A DNA stretch of 64,000 nt from Oscillospiraceae bacterium (GCA_902796905.1 CADBQU010000032.1:992-64991); one strand, 5' to 3'; counted from the stretch's first letter, positions 38,619 to 47,351 are shown. A program made the numbers and translations. The notes: generated from the sequence alone by a model not told the origin.

Positions 38619-39806
38619 TTATTTATCGTTTAAAGCTGCAATGCCCGGCAATTCTTTGCCTTCTAAAAATTCCAACGAGGCTCCGCCGCCTGTGGATATA
38701 TGGCTCATTTTATCCGAAAAACCAAGCTTTGTAACTGCTGCTACGCTGTCGCCGCCGCCTATAATTGAAATAGCGCCGGAATTTGCAACTGCGGTGGCAA
38801 CCGCAATTGTTCCGCTTGCAAAGTTATCCCATTCGCTTACACCCATAGGTCCGTTCCAAATAACGGTGCCGGCACCTTTAAGAGCGTCCGCAAACAATTT
38901 TTCTGTTTTGGGTCCTATATCAAGTCCCATCCAGCCGTCGGGAATTTCATCGCTGGGGCAAACTTTAAATTCTGTGTCTTTATCGTATTCTTTACCTATT
39001 TTATTATCTATGGGTATTAAAAATTTAACGCCTTTTGCCTTTGCCTTTTCCATCATTTCTCCGGCAAAGCCTATATTTTCTTCATCCAAAAGCGAAGAGC
39101 CGATGCTGTGTCCCAATGCTTTCATAAATGTATAAGCCATACCGCCGCCTATAATAAGCGTATCTACTTTATCTAAAAGATTAACTATAACGCCTATTTT
39201 ATCTTTAACTTTTGCGCCGCCCAAAATTGCTACCAACGGACGTTTCGGGGTTTCTAAAGCTCCGCCTATAAATTCAATTTCTTTTTGAATTAAAAAGCCG
39301 CAAACCGCAGGCAAATACGCTGCAACGCCCGCTGTGGAAGAATGAGCCCTGTGAGCCGAACCGAAAGCGTCGTTTACATAAATATCCGCCAAAGAAGCAA
39401 ATTCTTTTGATAAAGTTTCGTCATTTTTGGTTTCGCCTTTTTCAAACCTTACGTTTTCAAGTAAAAGAATTTCTCCGGGTTTTAATTCGCTTGCAAGTTT
39501 TTTAGCGCTTTCGCCTACAACGTCGCTTGCCATTTTAACTTCTTTTCCCAATAATTCGGAAAGCCTTTTTGCTACCGGTTTTAAAGAAAATTCCGGAACA
39601 AATTCGCCCTTGGGACGTCCCAAATGAGAACATAAAATAAGAGCTGCGCCGTGTTCCAACAAATAGTTGATGGTAGGTAAAGAAGCAACTATACGTTTAT
39701 CGTTTGTAATAACGCCGTTATCAAGCGGAACGTTAAAATCGCAACGAACCAAAACGCGTTTGCCTTTTACATCAATGTCTGTAATGGATTTTTTATTTAA
39801 TGCCAT
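38619..39806 (-). CDS. pgk: Phosphoglycerate kinase
   Basis: 395 aa. '[10 protein letters not shown]', 'SHLGRPKG' and '[14 protein letters not shown]' motifs. AAGGAG Shine-Dalgarno. Confidence 0.97.
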   Translation of the reverse strand: MALNKKSITDIDVKGKRVLVRCDFNVPLDNGVITNDKRIVASLPTINYLLEHGAALILCSHLGRPKGEFVPEFSLKPVAKRLSELLGKEVKMASDVVGESAKKLASELKPGEILLLENVRFEKGETKNDETLSKEFASLADIYVNDAFGSAHRAHSSTAGVAAYLPAVCGFLIQKEIEFIGGALETPKRPLVAILGGAKVKDKIGVIVNLLDKVDTLIIGGGMAYTFMKALGHSIGSSLLDEENIGFAGEMMEKAKAKGVKFLIPIDNKIGKEYDKDTEFKVCPSDEIPDGWMGLDIGPKTEKLFADALKGAGTVIWNGPMGVSEWDNFASGTIAVATAVANSGAISIIGGGDSVAAVTKLGFSDKMSHISTGGGASLEFLEGKELPGIAALNDK

Positions 39807-39984
39807 ATTATTACTCCTTAAAATTAATCTTTCTTTCAGTCTGATATTATTTTAACAAAAAATAATGTAAAATTCAATATACTTTTACAATTTTTTTGCT
39901 ATATACTTTTAAATAATTTTTTATAATTTTTTTATAAATTATTTGATATGTGTTTTTTCGGCTGTGAGTTAAATTTAACTTAAC

Positions 39985-40079
39985 GGCGAAGAGCCCAAAA
40001 ACAAAATAATTGTTTTTGGGTAAAATTAAAGCCGGGGCTTTAATTTTACAAAAGCCCTTCGGGCTTTGGTCTCTTCGCC
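39985..40079 (+). repeat. FWJ intergenic element, order A-B'-C
   Basis: Outer stem ggcgaagag/ctcttcgcc. Hairpins cccaaaaacaa..ttgtttttggg, taaaattaaagcc-gg-ggctttaatttta and caaaagccc-ttc-gggctttg. Confidence 0.9.
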
Positions 40080-40111
40080 TTAGCGCAACCCTTTTATTTT
40101 TATTTATACTT

Positions 40112-40948
40112 TTATTTATATCTTTTTCTGTATTCTCCGGGAGTAACGCCCGTAATTTTTTTAAACTGCCGCACAAAGTGAAACTCGTTTTGGTACCCTA
40201 CTTTTTCAGCCACAAAGGTTATTTTATCGTCCGTGTTAATTAAAATATTTTTGGCGGCGTCCGTTCTTATAAGTATTAAATCTTTAATGGGCGAAATGCC
40301 GAAAGTTTTTTTATATACCAAATGAAAATTCGAAGCGCTGGTATGTGCCATAAGCGCCAATTTGTTTATATCCCAATTACTGCTGTATTCCTGCACCAAA
40401 GTGTTTCGTATTTCTTTATAAATTTCGGCGTCTTTTAAATTTTGCGGCAATTCCACATTATTTGTTATCGCTCGGCTTAAAAAAATCAAAAAAGAATTAA
40501 GCTCGGCGCAAAGGCTTTCATTTTTAAAAGGCTTTGAAGAAAACCATTCCAATTCCAAACTTCTTATTTTGTTTGTAATTAAACCGTCAAACTTAGGATA
40601 ATAAATTTTGTTTTCCTCTATATTATAATAAGAAAGCAGATTTTTAAAATCATCGTTATTATTTTCTATATGCATCCAATTATGCAAAAGAGGAACCTCC
40701 GCTTTAAAGTACTGCGGCGTAAAAGGCGAATAAAAAACAATTCCGCCCGGTTTGACATCATAAAGCTTTTGGTTAAGCTTAAGTTTAACGGGGGTTAAAA
40801 AATGTAAAAACGTATATTCTTTCATACCGTTTTTTTTGTTTATAACAAAATCCTTTTTTTCGGGCCATTCATGCCTTAAAGCGGTAATTTTTATATAATT
40901 GTTGTCAACATCGCAAATTTTGTTATCAAAGTATTTGTTATTAAGCAT
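40112..40948 (-). CDS. AraC-family transcriptional regulator
   Basis: C-terminal 'LALMAHTSASNFHLVYKKTFGISPIKDLILIRTDAAKNIL...GYQNEFHFVRQFKKITGVTPGEYR'. ATG at 40948 with AAGGA upstream. Divergent from the GH2 gene. Confidence 0.8.
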   Translation of the reverse strand: MLNNKYFDNKICDVDNNYIKITALRHEWPEKKDFVINKKNGMKEYTFLHFLTPVKLKLNQKLYDVKPGGIVFYSPFTPQYFKAEVPLLHNWMHIENNNDDFKNLLSYYNIEENKIYYPKFDGLITNKIRSLELEWFSSKPFKNESLCAELNSFLIFLSRAITNNVELPQNLKDAEIYKEIRNTLVQEYSSNWDINKLALMAHTSASNFHLVYKKTFGISPIKDLILIRTDAAKNILINTDDKITFVAEKVGYQNEFHFVRQFKKITGVTPGEYRKRYK

Positions 40949-41329
40949 TACTGTTTTCCTTTTCGGCAATTTTTTGTTTTTAAATTTTTAAATATGTAGT
41001 GATTTATGTAACGATTTTAAAACAAAAAGGTTTAATTTTTAAACAATATATAATTTTTATTTAAACCATTATAATTTTTTTAATAGAATATGTCAATATT
41101 TTTAATAGAAAAAACACTTTAATTAAAAGAAAAAAGCAAATATACTATTATTAAAAGCTAATATAAAAAGCTAATATTCTTTTTATTTATTTTAAAACCT
41201 AAGTTTTTTACAGCCTATCAACAAATTTAAATAAACCCGGCTTTAAAAATATGATATAAAAAATAAAAAAAATAATATAATAAAAACATAATAAAATAAA
41301 ACAATATAAAAACAAAAGGAGAAAACAAA

Positions 41330-43054
41330 ATGAAGAGAATTCCCAGACCGGAACATCCCAATCCCCAGTTTTTAAGAGAAAACTTTTTAAATTTAAACGG
41401 AACTTGGCAATTTGAAATAGATAACGGCGCTACCGCCGAAAACCGTGAGCTTTATAAAAAAAGCGCTAAGTTAAAACAGTCCATAAACGTTCCGTTTTGC
41501 CCCGAAAGCAAGCTTTCGGGCGTTAAACACATAGACCAAATGGCAGGCGTGGTTTACAAAAGAAGCGTTTTTGTAACGCCCGAACAACTTGAAGGTTTAA
41601 TTTTTATTAACTTCGGAGCTGTAGATTACTCCTGCGTTTTATATGTTAACGAAAAACGTGTAGGCGAGCATAAGGGCGGATATGTAAGCTTTAAATTTAA
41701 TATTACCGAATTTTTGGAAGATGGCTTTAACGACGTAACTTTAATAGTTAAAGACGACAGCCGCAACCCCATGATTCCGAGCGGCAAACAGTCGGGAGAT
41801 TATTATTCTGTAGGTTGTTACTATACCCGTACTACCGGTATTTGGCAAACCGTTTGGCTGGAATATACTCCTAAAAAGTATATAGAAAGCATTAAATACA
41901 GCTTTAATTCCGATTTTACCGAGGTTTTTATGGAAACGGAACTTGTAGGCGACGGAGAGTTTGCCGCAAGCGTATTTTTTAACGGTAAAAAAGTAGGAAG
42001 CGGAAGCTTAAAAACTTACGGTGGAAGAGAAACTTTAATTATTTCTTTAAGCGAAACCCATTTATGGGATTTGGGACAGGGAAATTTATACGATGTTAAA
42101 TTAAACTTTGAAGGCGATGAAGTAAAAAGCTACTTCGGTATGCGGTCGGTTAAATTTAACGGCTATAAATTTTTACTTAACGGACGCTCCGTTTTTCAGC
42201 GCACGGTTCTTGACCAAGGATTTTATCCCGACGGCATTTACACCGCTCCCACCGAAAAAGATTTGGAAAAAGACATTGAGCTTTCTTTAAGCTGCGGATT
42301 TAACGGTGCCAGACTTCACCAAAAAATATTCGAGCCCAGATTTTTATATCACTGCGACCGTTTGGGTTATATGGTTTGGGGCGAATATCCGTCCTGGGGA
42401 CTTGATAACTCAGACCCGCAATCCATATATTCTATTTTGCCCGAATGGATGGCCGAAATAAAAAGAGACTTTAACCACCCCAGCATTATAGGCTGGTGTC
42501 CGCAAAACGAATCATGGCATTACGGAGAAGACGGCAGGCGTCATTTTAAACCGGCAATTCAAATGATTTACGATATTACCAAAGCTTTGGACAGCACAAG
42601 ACCCTGTATTGATGTTTCGGGCGGCTTCCAGGTAGCGGGCGACGCTTTTGACATTCATACTTATGACCAAAATCCCGAAAGCTTTAACAGTTACTTTAAA
42701 GATTTACCCGAAGACAAACAAACTCTTAAAAAAGTTTGGATGGGTTCCGAGCTGAATTACGACGGTAAAAAACCCGTATTTGTTTCGGAATTCGGCGGAA
42801 TGCTTTGGAGCGAAAACAAAGAGAACGCTTGGGGATACGGCGACGGACCCAAAACGGAAGAAGAATTTGTTGAACGGTTCAGGGGTCTTTCTAACTGCTT
42901 ATTAAACAATCCTTATATTTTTGGTTTATGCTATACTCAGTTAACCGATGTAGAGCAAGAGCAAAACGGATTATTCTATTATAACCGCGAACCGAAATTC
43001 AGCCCGCAAAAATTCAAAGATATTTTATCTCAAAAAGCGGCAATAGAAGATTAA
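41330..43054 (+). CDS. Glycoside hydrolase family 2 protein
   Basis: 574 aa. N-terminal sugar-binding region 'LNGTWQFE', TIM-barrel 'FNGARLHQK', acid/base 'CPQNES' and nucleophile region 'VSEFGG'. AAGGAG Shine-Dalgarno. Confidence 0.85.
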   Translation: MKRIPRPEHPNPQFLRENFLNLNGTWQFEIDNGATAENRELYKKSAKLKQSINVPFCPESKLSGVKHIDQMAGVVYKRSVFVTPEQLEGLIFINFGAVDYSCVLYVNEKRVGEHKGGYVSFKFNITEFLEDGFNDVTLIVKDDSRNPMIPSGKQSGDYYSVGCYYTRTTGIWQTVWLEYTPKKYIESIKYSFNSDFTEVFMETELVGDGEFAASVFFNGKKVGSGSLKTYGGRETLIISLSETHLWDLGQGNLYDVKLNFEGDEVKSYFGMRSVKFNGYKFLLNGRSVFQRTVLDQGFYPDGIYTAPTEKDLEKDIELSLSCGFNGARLHQKIFEPRFLYHCDRLGYMVWGEYPSWGLDNSDPQSIYSILPEWMAEIKRDFNHPSIIGWCPQNESWHYGEDGRRHFKPAIQMIYDITKALDSTRPCIDVSGGFQVAGDAFDIHTYDQNPESFNSYFKDLPEDKQTLKKVWMGSELNYDGKKPVFVSEFGGMLWSENKENAWGYGDGPKTEEEFVERFRGLSNCLLNNPYIFGLCYTQLTDVEQEQNGLFYYNREPKFSPQKFKDILSQKAAIED

Positions 43055-43095
43055 TAAATATTAGAAGATTAATAAATATTAAAATAAAAATTTGT

Positions 43096-43142
43096 CAAAG
43101 TCCGAAATTTTTTGGGCTTTGGAGATTTTCCAAAAACAAAAA
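43096..43142. repeat. Degenerate or truncated FWJ element at the left island junction
   Basis: A C-type hairpin caaagtcc..gggctttg, followed by only the left arm of an A-type hairpin (ccaaaaacaaaaa). Host-like sequence ends here. Confidence 0.5.
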
Positions 43143-43324
43143 CCGAGAAAATGCCACGGGTGGATAAGGAAGTACAACAACTAATACATTTCTGGCATTG
43201 CAAGGGTAAAAATCAAGACATCAATTGAAAGATTGGTGTCTTTTTCTATCCTCAAAATCCGCACATTCGACAAAGCAAAGACCTCCTTGTAAAATGGTGT
43301 TACCAAATACAAGGAGGTTTCATT

Positions 43325-43696
43325 ATGAACACATTATTTGAAAAGCAAGGCACAAAGTACAAAATGCAGGGATATTATTACTTGCCTTGCATTGAAACAA
43401 AAGAGCAACCGAAACTGCATATCGGCGTGTGGGCAAACAGGCACAAGAGGTATCTCAAACAATATCATCGCATAAGATACTACAATCTGCTTACCACGGA
43501 AAAGTTATATCCTTATCTCGCTGACATTGAAGAACAGGCTGAAAAGATGTTCTAAGAACTCGTCAAATCACTTGTAGAAAAAGAAAATGTTACGAAAAAA
43601 TTGAAATCGGATAACCCAATGTTATGGGTACAAAAAATGAATAATATCCGTAACCGAGCCACCGAAATTGTAAACGCGGAGGTGGTTTACACTTGA
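43325..43696 (+). pseudogene. tnpV: tnpV (Tn4451-type transposon protein TnpV) interrupted by an in-frame TAA
   Basis: The N-part '...HIGVWANRHKRYLKQYHRIRYYNLLTTEKLYPYLADIEEQAEKMF' stops at TAA 43553-43555. The same frame continues 'ELVKSLVEKENVTKKLKSDNPMLWVQKMNNIRNRATEIVNAEVVYT' to TGA 43694-43696. Confidence 0.75.
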
Positions 43697-43767
43697 AAAA
43701 TATTACATCTACATCACTCCGCCAAAAAGAGAAACACGGCAGAGAACAAGTCCCTGCCGTGCGAGGT

Positions 43768-44148
43768 TTATTCGTCAATTTTGCCTTCGGCATAATCTAT
43801 TTCCATACCAATGCTCCTTACATATTCAGCATAATCAATCAATTTTTGCATATGCTCGGTTTTGAAATTCTGCTGACAATATGTTTCGGGAGTAACCCTT
43901 GCAAGACGGTTGCGAAGCACTTGTATCAGTTTTTTGCTTTGGGTCTTTTCGGCTATATCTTCAAATATTGAGCCAAGCCAGTAAAACTCCTCATCAGAAC
44001 ATTCGTTTTCAAAAAAATGGGATGTAGCAGAAACATCTTCCGATAGAATGTTGGTCATTTCTTTCCAGCATTTTTCTATGCCGAAATCATCATTAGGATC
44101 GATAGACACATAACGTGAAAGAATCTCTCTCAAAAGTTTGGTATTCAT
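43768..44148 (-). CDS. Putative cognate immunity protein (acidic, helical; family not recognised)
   Basis: 126 aa. The ATG overlaps the toxin stop region (TAAtATG), with GGAGGA inside the toxin 3' end. The call rests on position and composition only. Confidence 0.4.
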   Translation of the reverse strand: MNTKLLREILSRYVSIDPNDDFGIEKCWKEMTNILSEDVSATSHFFENECSDEEFYWLGSIFEDIAEKTQSKKLIQVLRNRLARVTPETYCQQNFKTEHMQKLIDYAEYVRSIGMEIDYAEGKIDE

Positions 44149-44149
44149 A

Positions 44150-44656
44150 TTATTTCCTCCGTTTCTTTAATACTGAACTTTGGTCAGAGTTTGGGAAAAC
44201 TGTTGCTATTTTTCCGTTTGTTCGTTTTACGCCGACACGAACGCCCTTATAAACGCCGTATATTGTTTTACCATCGGGTATACGGCGATTACCTTTAAGT
44301 CCGGCAACGTGTTCTCCTGCGTGGCGAATATCCTTTTCTGTCCACGATTTAGGAAACCATGCTTGTCCAACATTCGTTTGTTTTGCCGGCTTTTTATGGT
44401 TCGGTATGTTACCAATACGAACACCATTGGGATAGGTTTTCACGATGTTATACTTGATTCCGTATTTGTCGAGTAACTCCATACATTTCTGGCTGTGTCC
44501 ACCATTATTAAGTCGCAACTTAATAACCATTTTCCCGTTTACACGGGTTTGACTGCGTGTAAACGCACCCTCACTTGAATGAACCAGGGCATAATCGCTA
44601 ACACTTCGTCCTGAGCCTTTGGTGTTGAGATAACGCCCGCTTTTGCTTGTTCCCAT
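44150..44656 (-). CDS. Stand-alone EndoU-like RNase toxin domain protein
   Basis: Start at the ATG at 44656 (TGAtATG coupling with the upstream gene; GAAGGTGGG Shine-Dalgarno). 'NNGGHSQ', 'AWFPKSWTEKDIRHAGEHV' and 'GVRVGVKRTNGKIATVFP' match, from memory, the bacterial EndoU toxin pattern (GGGH ... FPxxWs..kI ... G.I.T.YP). Confidence 0.55.
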   Translation of the reverse strand: MGTSKSGRYLNTKGSGRSVSDYALVHSSEGAFTRSQTRVNGKMVIKLRLNNGGHSQKCMELLDKYGIKYNIVKTYPNGVRIGNIPNHKKPAKQTNVGQAWFPKSWTEKDIRHAGEHVAGLKGNRRIPDGKTIYGVYKGVRVGVKRTNGKIATVFPNSDQSSVLKKRRK

Positions 44657-44657
44657 A

Positions 44658-45335
44658 TCAGCCCACCTTCTTCCATTTGTGGACATAGGTAGTCCAATCG
44701 GGCAGATGATGAAAACGGGTATAACGCTCATACTTACCAAAGATTTTAGGGTTATACGAGCCGTACACGATAACATCCTGCGGTGTTAATTCGGTTAGCA
44801 TTGCTTCAAGTCCTGCTTCGAGGTAATATTTATCCTCTTTGCTTTTACTGCACCCGTAAGTGCCGATTGACACAACACTGTTTTTCGGTATGCCAGAAAA
44901 TGCGGGTATGTAATCAAAAATACCCTTTGTGTACGTTCTTTCATCACCCCAACGGGCATTAGGAATAACATACTTTCCTTGCTGTTGCAAATAATGTCCT
45001 ACAGAACGGCTCACACCGATATTTGCGATTTGTTCCCAAAGCGGCATATCTCGGTAAAGAGAGCAATCGGGCGTAGAGCATATTTGAATGTCTTTCAGTT
45101 TGTCAATGTAATTCTGCGGTATACTGACGAACTCTCTAAATTCGGCATCTTGCTCGTAAAATACAAGCATTTCTTCCGAAGAGTTGATAATTTTATCCCT
45201 TTTTGAAAAAGGAACGGCAACCGAAGGTATGACGATTTCTTTGGGAGCTTCCAAGATAGGAATTTCAAGGAAACCCTCAAAAAAGGCGGTTTCAATCAAC
45301 TTTGAGTTGAAACCATCATAAAATAAATTGTTCAT
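44658..45335 (-). CDS. DUF4417-family protein
   Basis: 225 aa. 'LVFYEQDAEFREF', 'STPDCSLYRDMPLWEQIAN', 'GKYVIPNARWGDERTY' and 'GIPKNSVVSIGTYG' follow the remembered DUF4417 pattern (hFYxDDxxFE...PDFSxYxDMP...Q..N...G..VIP...W). Confidence 0.6.
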   Translation of the reverse strand: MNNLFYDGFNSKLIETAFFEGFLEIPILEAPKEIVIPSVAVPFSKRDKIINSSEEMLVFYEQDAEFREFVSIPQNYIDKLKDIQICSTPDCSLYRDMPLWEQIANIGVSRSVGHYLQQQGKYVIPNARWGDERTYTKGIFDYIPAFSGIPKNSVVSIGTYGCSKSKEDKYYLEAGLEAMLTELTPQDVIVYGSYNPKIFGKYERYTRFHHLPDWTTYVHKWKKVG

Positions 45336-45416
45336 TATAGTTAATAATCCTTTCTCCGCTGCTTGCGGAATTTTCAGTATTTTATCGCGATTTTTTCGCT
45401 ATTTTTGCTTGACAAA

Positions 45417-45445
45417 TTGACAAGCGGGTTTGGATATGCTATAAT
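45417..45445 (+). promoter_or_regulatory. Consensus sigma-70-type promoter on the strand opposite to all island genes
   Basis: ttgaca (45417-45422), exactly 17 nt, tataat (45440-45445). A second ttgaca lies 8 nt upstream (45409-45414). Confidence 0.6.
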
Positions 45446-45451
45446 GAACAA

Positions 45452-45540
45452 ACAGCTAAGTCGGTTATCATAGCATATCCGACGCGGAACTAAGCATTTC
45501 GTTCGTTGTTGCAGCAACTTGCGGAATGCTTTTTCTTTTT
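45452..45540 (+). ncRNA. Predicted ~90-nt small RNA (promoter-to-terminator unit)
   Basis: Begins about 7 nt after the -10 and ends at an intrinsic terminator: aagcatt...aatgctt (45492-45531) plus tttttcttttt. No ORF. Contains cttgcggaat (45518-45527), complementary to the DUF4417 mRNA leader. Confidence 0.4.
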
Positions 45541-45590
45541 ACTATTTACAACCATAGGCATCACCTCCAATATGTAATTTCGCCGTGTTA

Positions 45591-46292
45591 TTAGTACCAA
45601 GAGTCCCTTTCACGCTGACGGTCGTATTCGTCCTCAAAATCATAGTAATTCTTACGTGGGGGACAAATACTATCGATAAAAGTAGCGAACTTAAAGAGGA
45701 TAACATCGTCAAATTCTTTCTCTTGTCGGGAACGCCACTCAACCGTTGTTTTAGCGAGCGTTTCAATACGCTTTTTTGCCGCCGTTTCCGAAACTTCAAA
45801 GTGTTGCATCAGAAACTCCTTCGTAATGTGGATGCCCCTATTGGTAAACTCATGTAACACCTGCTCCGGCATAAGCAGTTGTGCGGCAAAGTAGTTTGTT
45901 TCCACTTCGTACCGACCATAGATTTCTTTGTCGGTAACACTGAAATCGTGATTGTTTAACGGGTGTCCCAATTCGTGCAGAATAGAGTACTTTACGTGAG
46001 TCATCAGTTTACTGTCATCGTAAAATATAATCTGCCTGCCGCCATATTCAAAAATGGTTGCTGACTCACTGCCAAAATCAGTAATATCAATACCATATTT
46101 TAGAGCCTTTTTATAGGTGCGGCACTTAATAGCGGATTGTTCTTTTACAAGACCGATGGGAGAGAATGGGAACGTGGAAATAACACGGGATTTAACCAAA
46201 ATCTCGTTGGCTTTTGAATATGCTGCTGAAAAATTAGGTTTTGTATTACTCGCCACTATTTCACTCCTCGTCATCGTCCTCAAAGATGTCAT
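45591..46292 (-). CDS. immA: ImmA/IrrE-family metallopeptidase
   Basis: 'ILHELGHPLNNHD' is the HExxH motif. The gene overlaps the xre 3' end. Alternative starts are the ATG at 46274 or the GTG at 46256, the latter preceded by GAGGAG. Confidence 0.85.
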   Translation of the reverse strand: MTSLRTMTRSEIVASNTKPNFSAAYSKANEILVKSRVISTFPFSPIGLVKEQSAIKCRTYKKALKYGIDITDFGSESATIFEYGGRQIIFYDDSKLMTHVKYSILHELGHPLNNHDFSVTDKEIYGRYEVETNYFAAQLLMPEQVLHEFTNRGIHITKEFLMQHFEVSETAAKKRIETLAKTTVEWRSRQEKEFDDVILFKFATFIDSICPPRKNYYDFEDEYDRQRERDSWY

Positions 46293-46605
46293 TAAACATC
46301 AATTTCAACATTCCTTCTGCTTTCTTTAATTGCTCCTCGTCTAATTTGCCGAGATTTCTTTGCAGATATTTAAGTTCTTTTTGAGCTTCGGGTATTGGAG
46401 CATTATCCGTACTACCTAAAAGATAATCTGCGGTTGTGTCGAGAGCCTTTGCGATTCGGACAAGAACCTCGCCACTTGGGGTACGTACTCCTTTTGCATA
46501 GTAAGACATTGCCGACTCTGTAATGTTTGCTTTCTTTGCAAAATCTTTCTGTGAAAACCCTTTGGCTTTCATCAATGCGGTAAGCCTTTCACTAAATACT
46601 GACAT
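46261..46605 (-). CDS. XRE-family HTH transcriptional regulator
   Basis: 'LTALMKAKGFSQKDFAKKANITESAMSYYAKGVRTPSGEVLVRIAKALDTTADYLLG', followed by an acidic tail. AAGGAGG Shine-Dalgarno. Confidence 0.9.
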   Translation of the reverse strand: MSVFSERLTALMKAKGFSQKDFAKKANITESAMSYYAKGVRTPSGEVLVRIAKALDTTADYLLGSTDNAPIPEAQKELKYLQRNLGKLDEEQLKKAEGMLKLMFNDIFEDDDEE

Positions 46606-46638
46606 ATATCAAACCTCCTTTAATATTTGCCGATTTTC

Positions 46639-46667
46639 ATTATACTCCTAAATTATAATATTGTCAA
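46639..46667 (-). promoter_or_regulatory. Consensus promoter for xre-immA
   Basis: On the minus strand: ttgaca (46667-46662), 17 nt, tataat (46644-46639). Nearby palindromes atcttgt-gttt-acaagat (about 46713-46730) and aattgtcaatt (about 46739-46749) are operator candidates. Confidence 0.6.
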
Positions 46668-47131
46668 GTGATTTTGAATGTATTTGTATTTGAAGCCTAA
46701 ATTTAATACTATATCTTGTGTTTACAAGATAGTTGAGAATTGTCAATTATATAATCACGGCAGGGAGATTGCTCCCCCCCCTGCCGCTTTGAGTTAAAGT
46801 GCCGCCTTATTCATTGGTTTCTTCTTTTGGTGTGCGATTGGTGCTGATTTCAGCGGTAGAAATCGCCTCGATAACTGCACCGGAGACCACAACGAAAGTT
46901 AGAGAAGAAAAATTTAATGTATCATATTGGGTAAAATGCGTAAAAAACTTAACGATAATTGTGCATAAAGAAAAGGGTGTAACCCCATATCACTGAGGTT
47001 ACACCGCATTTTCAAAAATACTTCCTTATACAGCCAGGGCAAAATTTCCCGGTTTTTGTTTTTCTTATTTAATTTTTGTTTTACTTAATCTTACCAATAC
47101 TTCTTGTTTTTAGTTTTTGGACAATTTTAAT

Positions 47132-47329
47132 TTAATTAACCTGATTTGTTTGGTCCAAATCGTTTAATGCATACTGGCAGCATTGCAAAACCAGCAGATT
47201 AAAAGAAATATCGTTTTCGGAAGCTACGGAATTTAATTGCTCAAAAAGTGTTTCGGTAAATCTGACCGTTCTTGCAACATTTGCGCTTTTTAGATTTTTA
47301 TCTATCTTAAACATACACATTTCCCCCAT
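47132..47329 (-). CDS. Small ribbon-helix-helix-like DNA-binding protein (hypothetical)
   Basis: 'RTVRFTETLFEQLNSVASENDISFNLLVLQCCQYAL' has the beta-strand plus two-helix RHH pattern. The likely start is the third ATG (47314), after GGGGA. Confidence 0.4.
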   Translation of the reverse strand: MGEMCMFKIDKNLKSANVARTVRFTETLFEQLNSVASENDISFNLLVLQCCQYALNDLDQTNQVN

Positions 47330-47351
47330 AATTAGTTTATATCTGAAATGT

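Larger units (their letters stand above)
43132..47063. mobile_element. About 3.9-kb foreign island (decayed mobilisable-element remnant) bounded by imperfect inverted repeats
   Basis: Left end aaaaacaaaaaccgagaaaatgcc (43132-43155). The reverse complement of the right end (47038-47063) is aaaaacaaaaaccgggaaattttgcc. The interior is visibly richer in G+C and poorer in A/T homopolymers than the flanks and contains no FWJ copies. Cargo is tnpV, xre-immA and a toxin cassette. No recombinase or transposase gene is present. Confidence 0.5.

Noticed and set aside
43553-43555. Programmed read-through or stop-codon reassignment at the in-frame TAA in tnpV
   Set aside because: TAA is used as a normal terminator by many well-conserved genes in the window, whose ends match expected protein lengths. 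The simplest reading is a pseudogene.
46799-46996. 65-aa ORF at the right end of the island
   Set aside because: It has no ribosome-binding site and no recognisable motif, and it overlaps two hairpins (46760-46790 and 46975-47005). The opposite strand has an open frame without a start codon. The region is most likely non-coding or a gene remnant.
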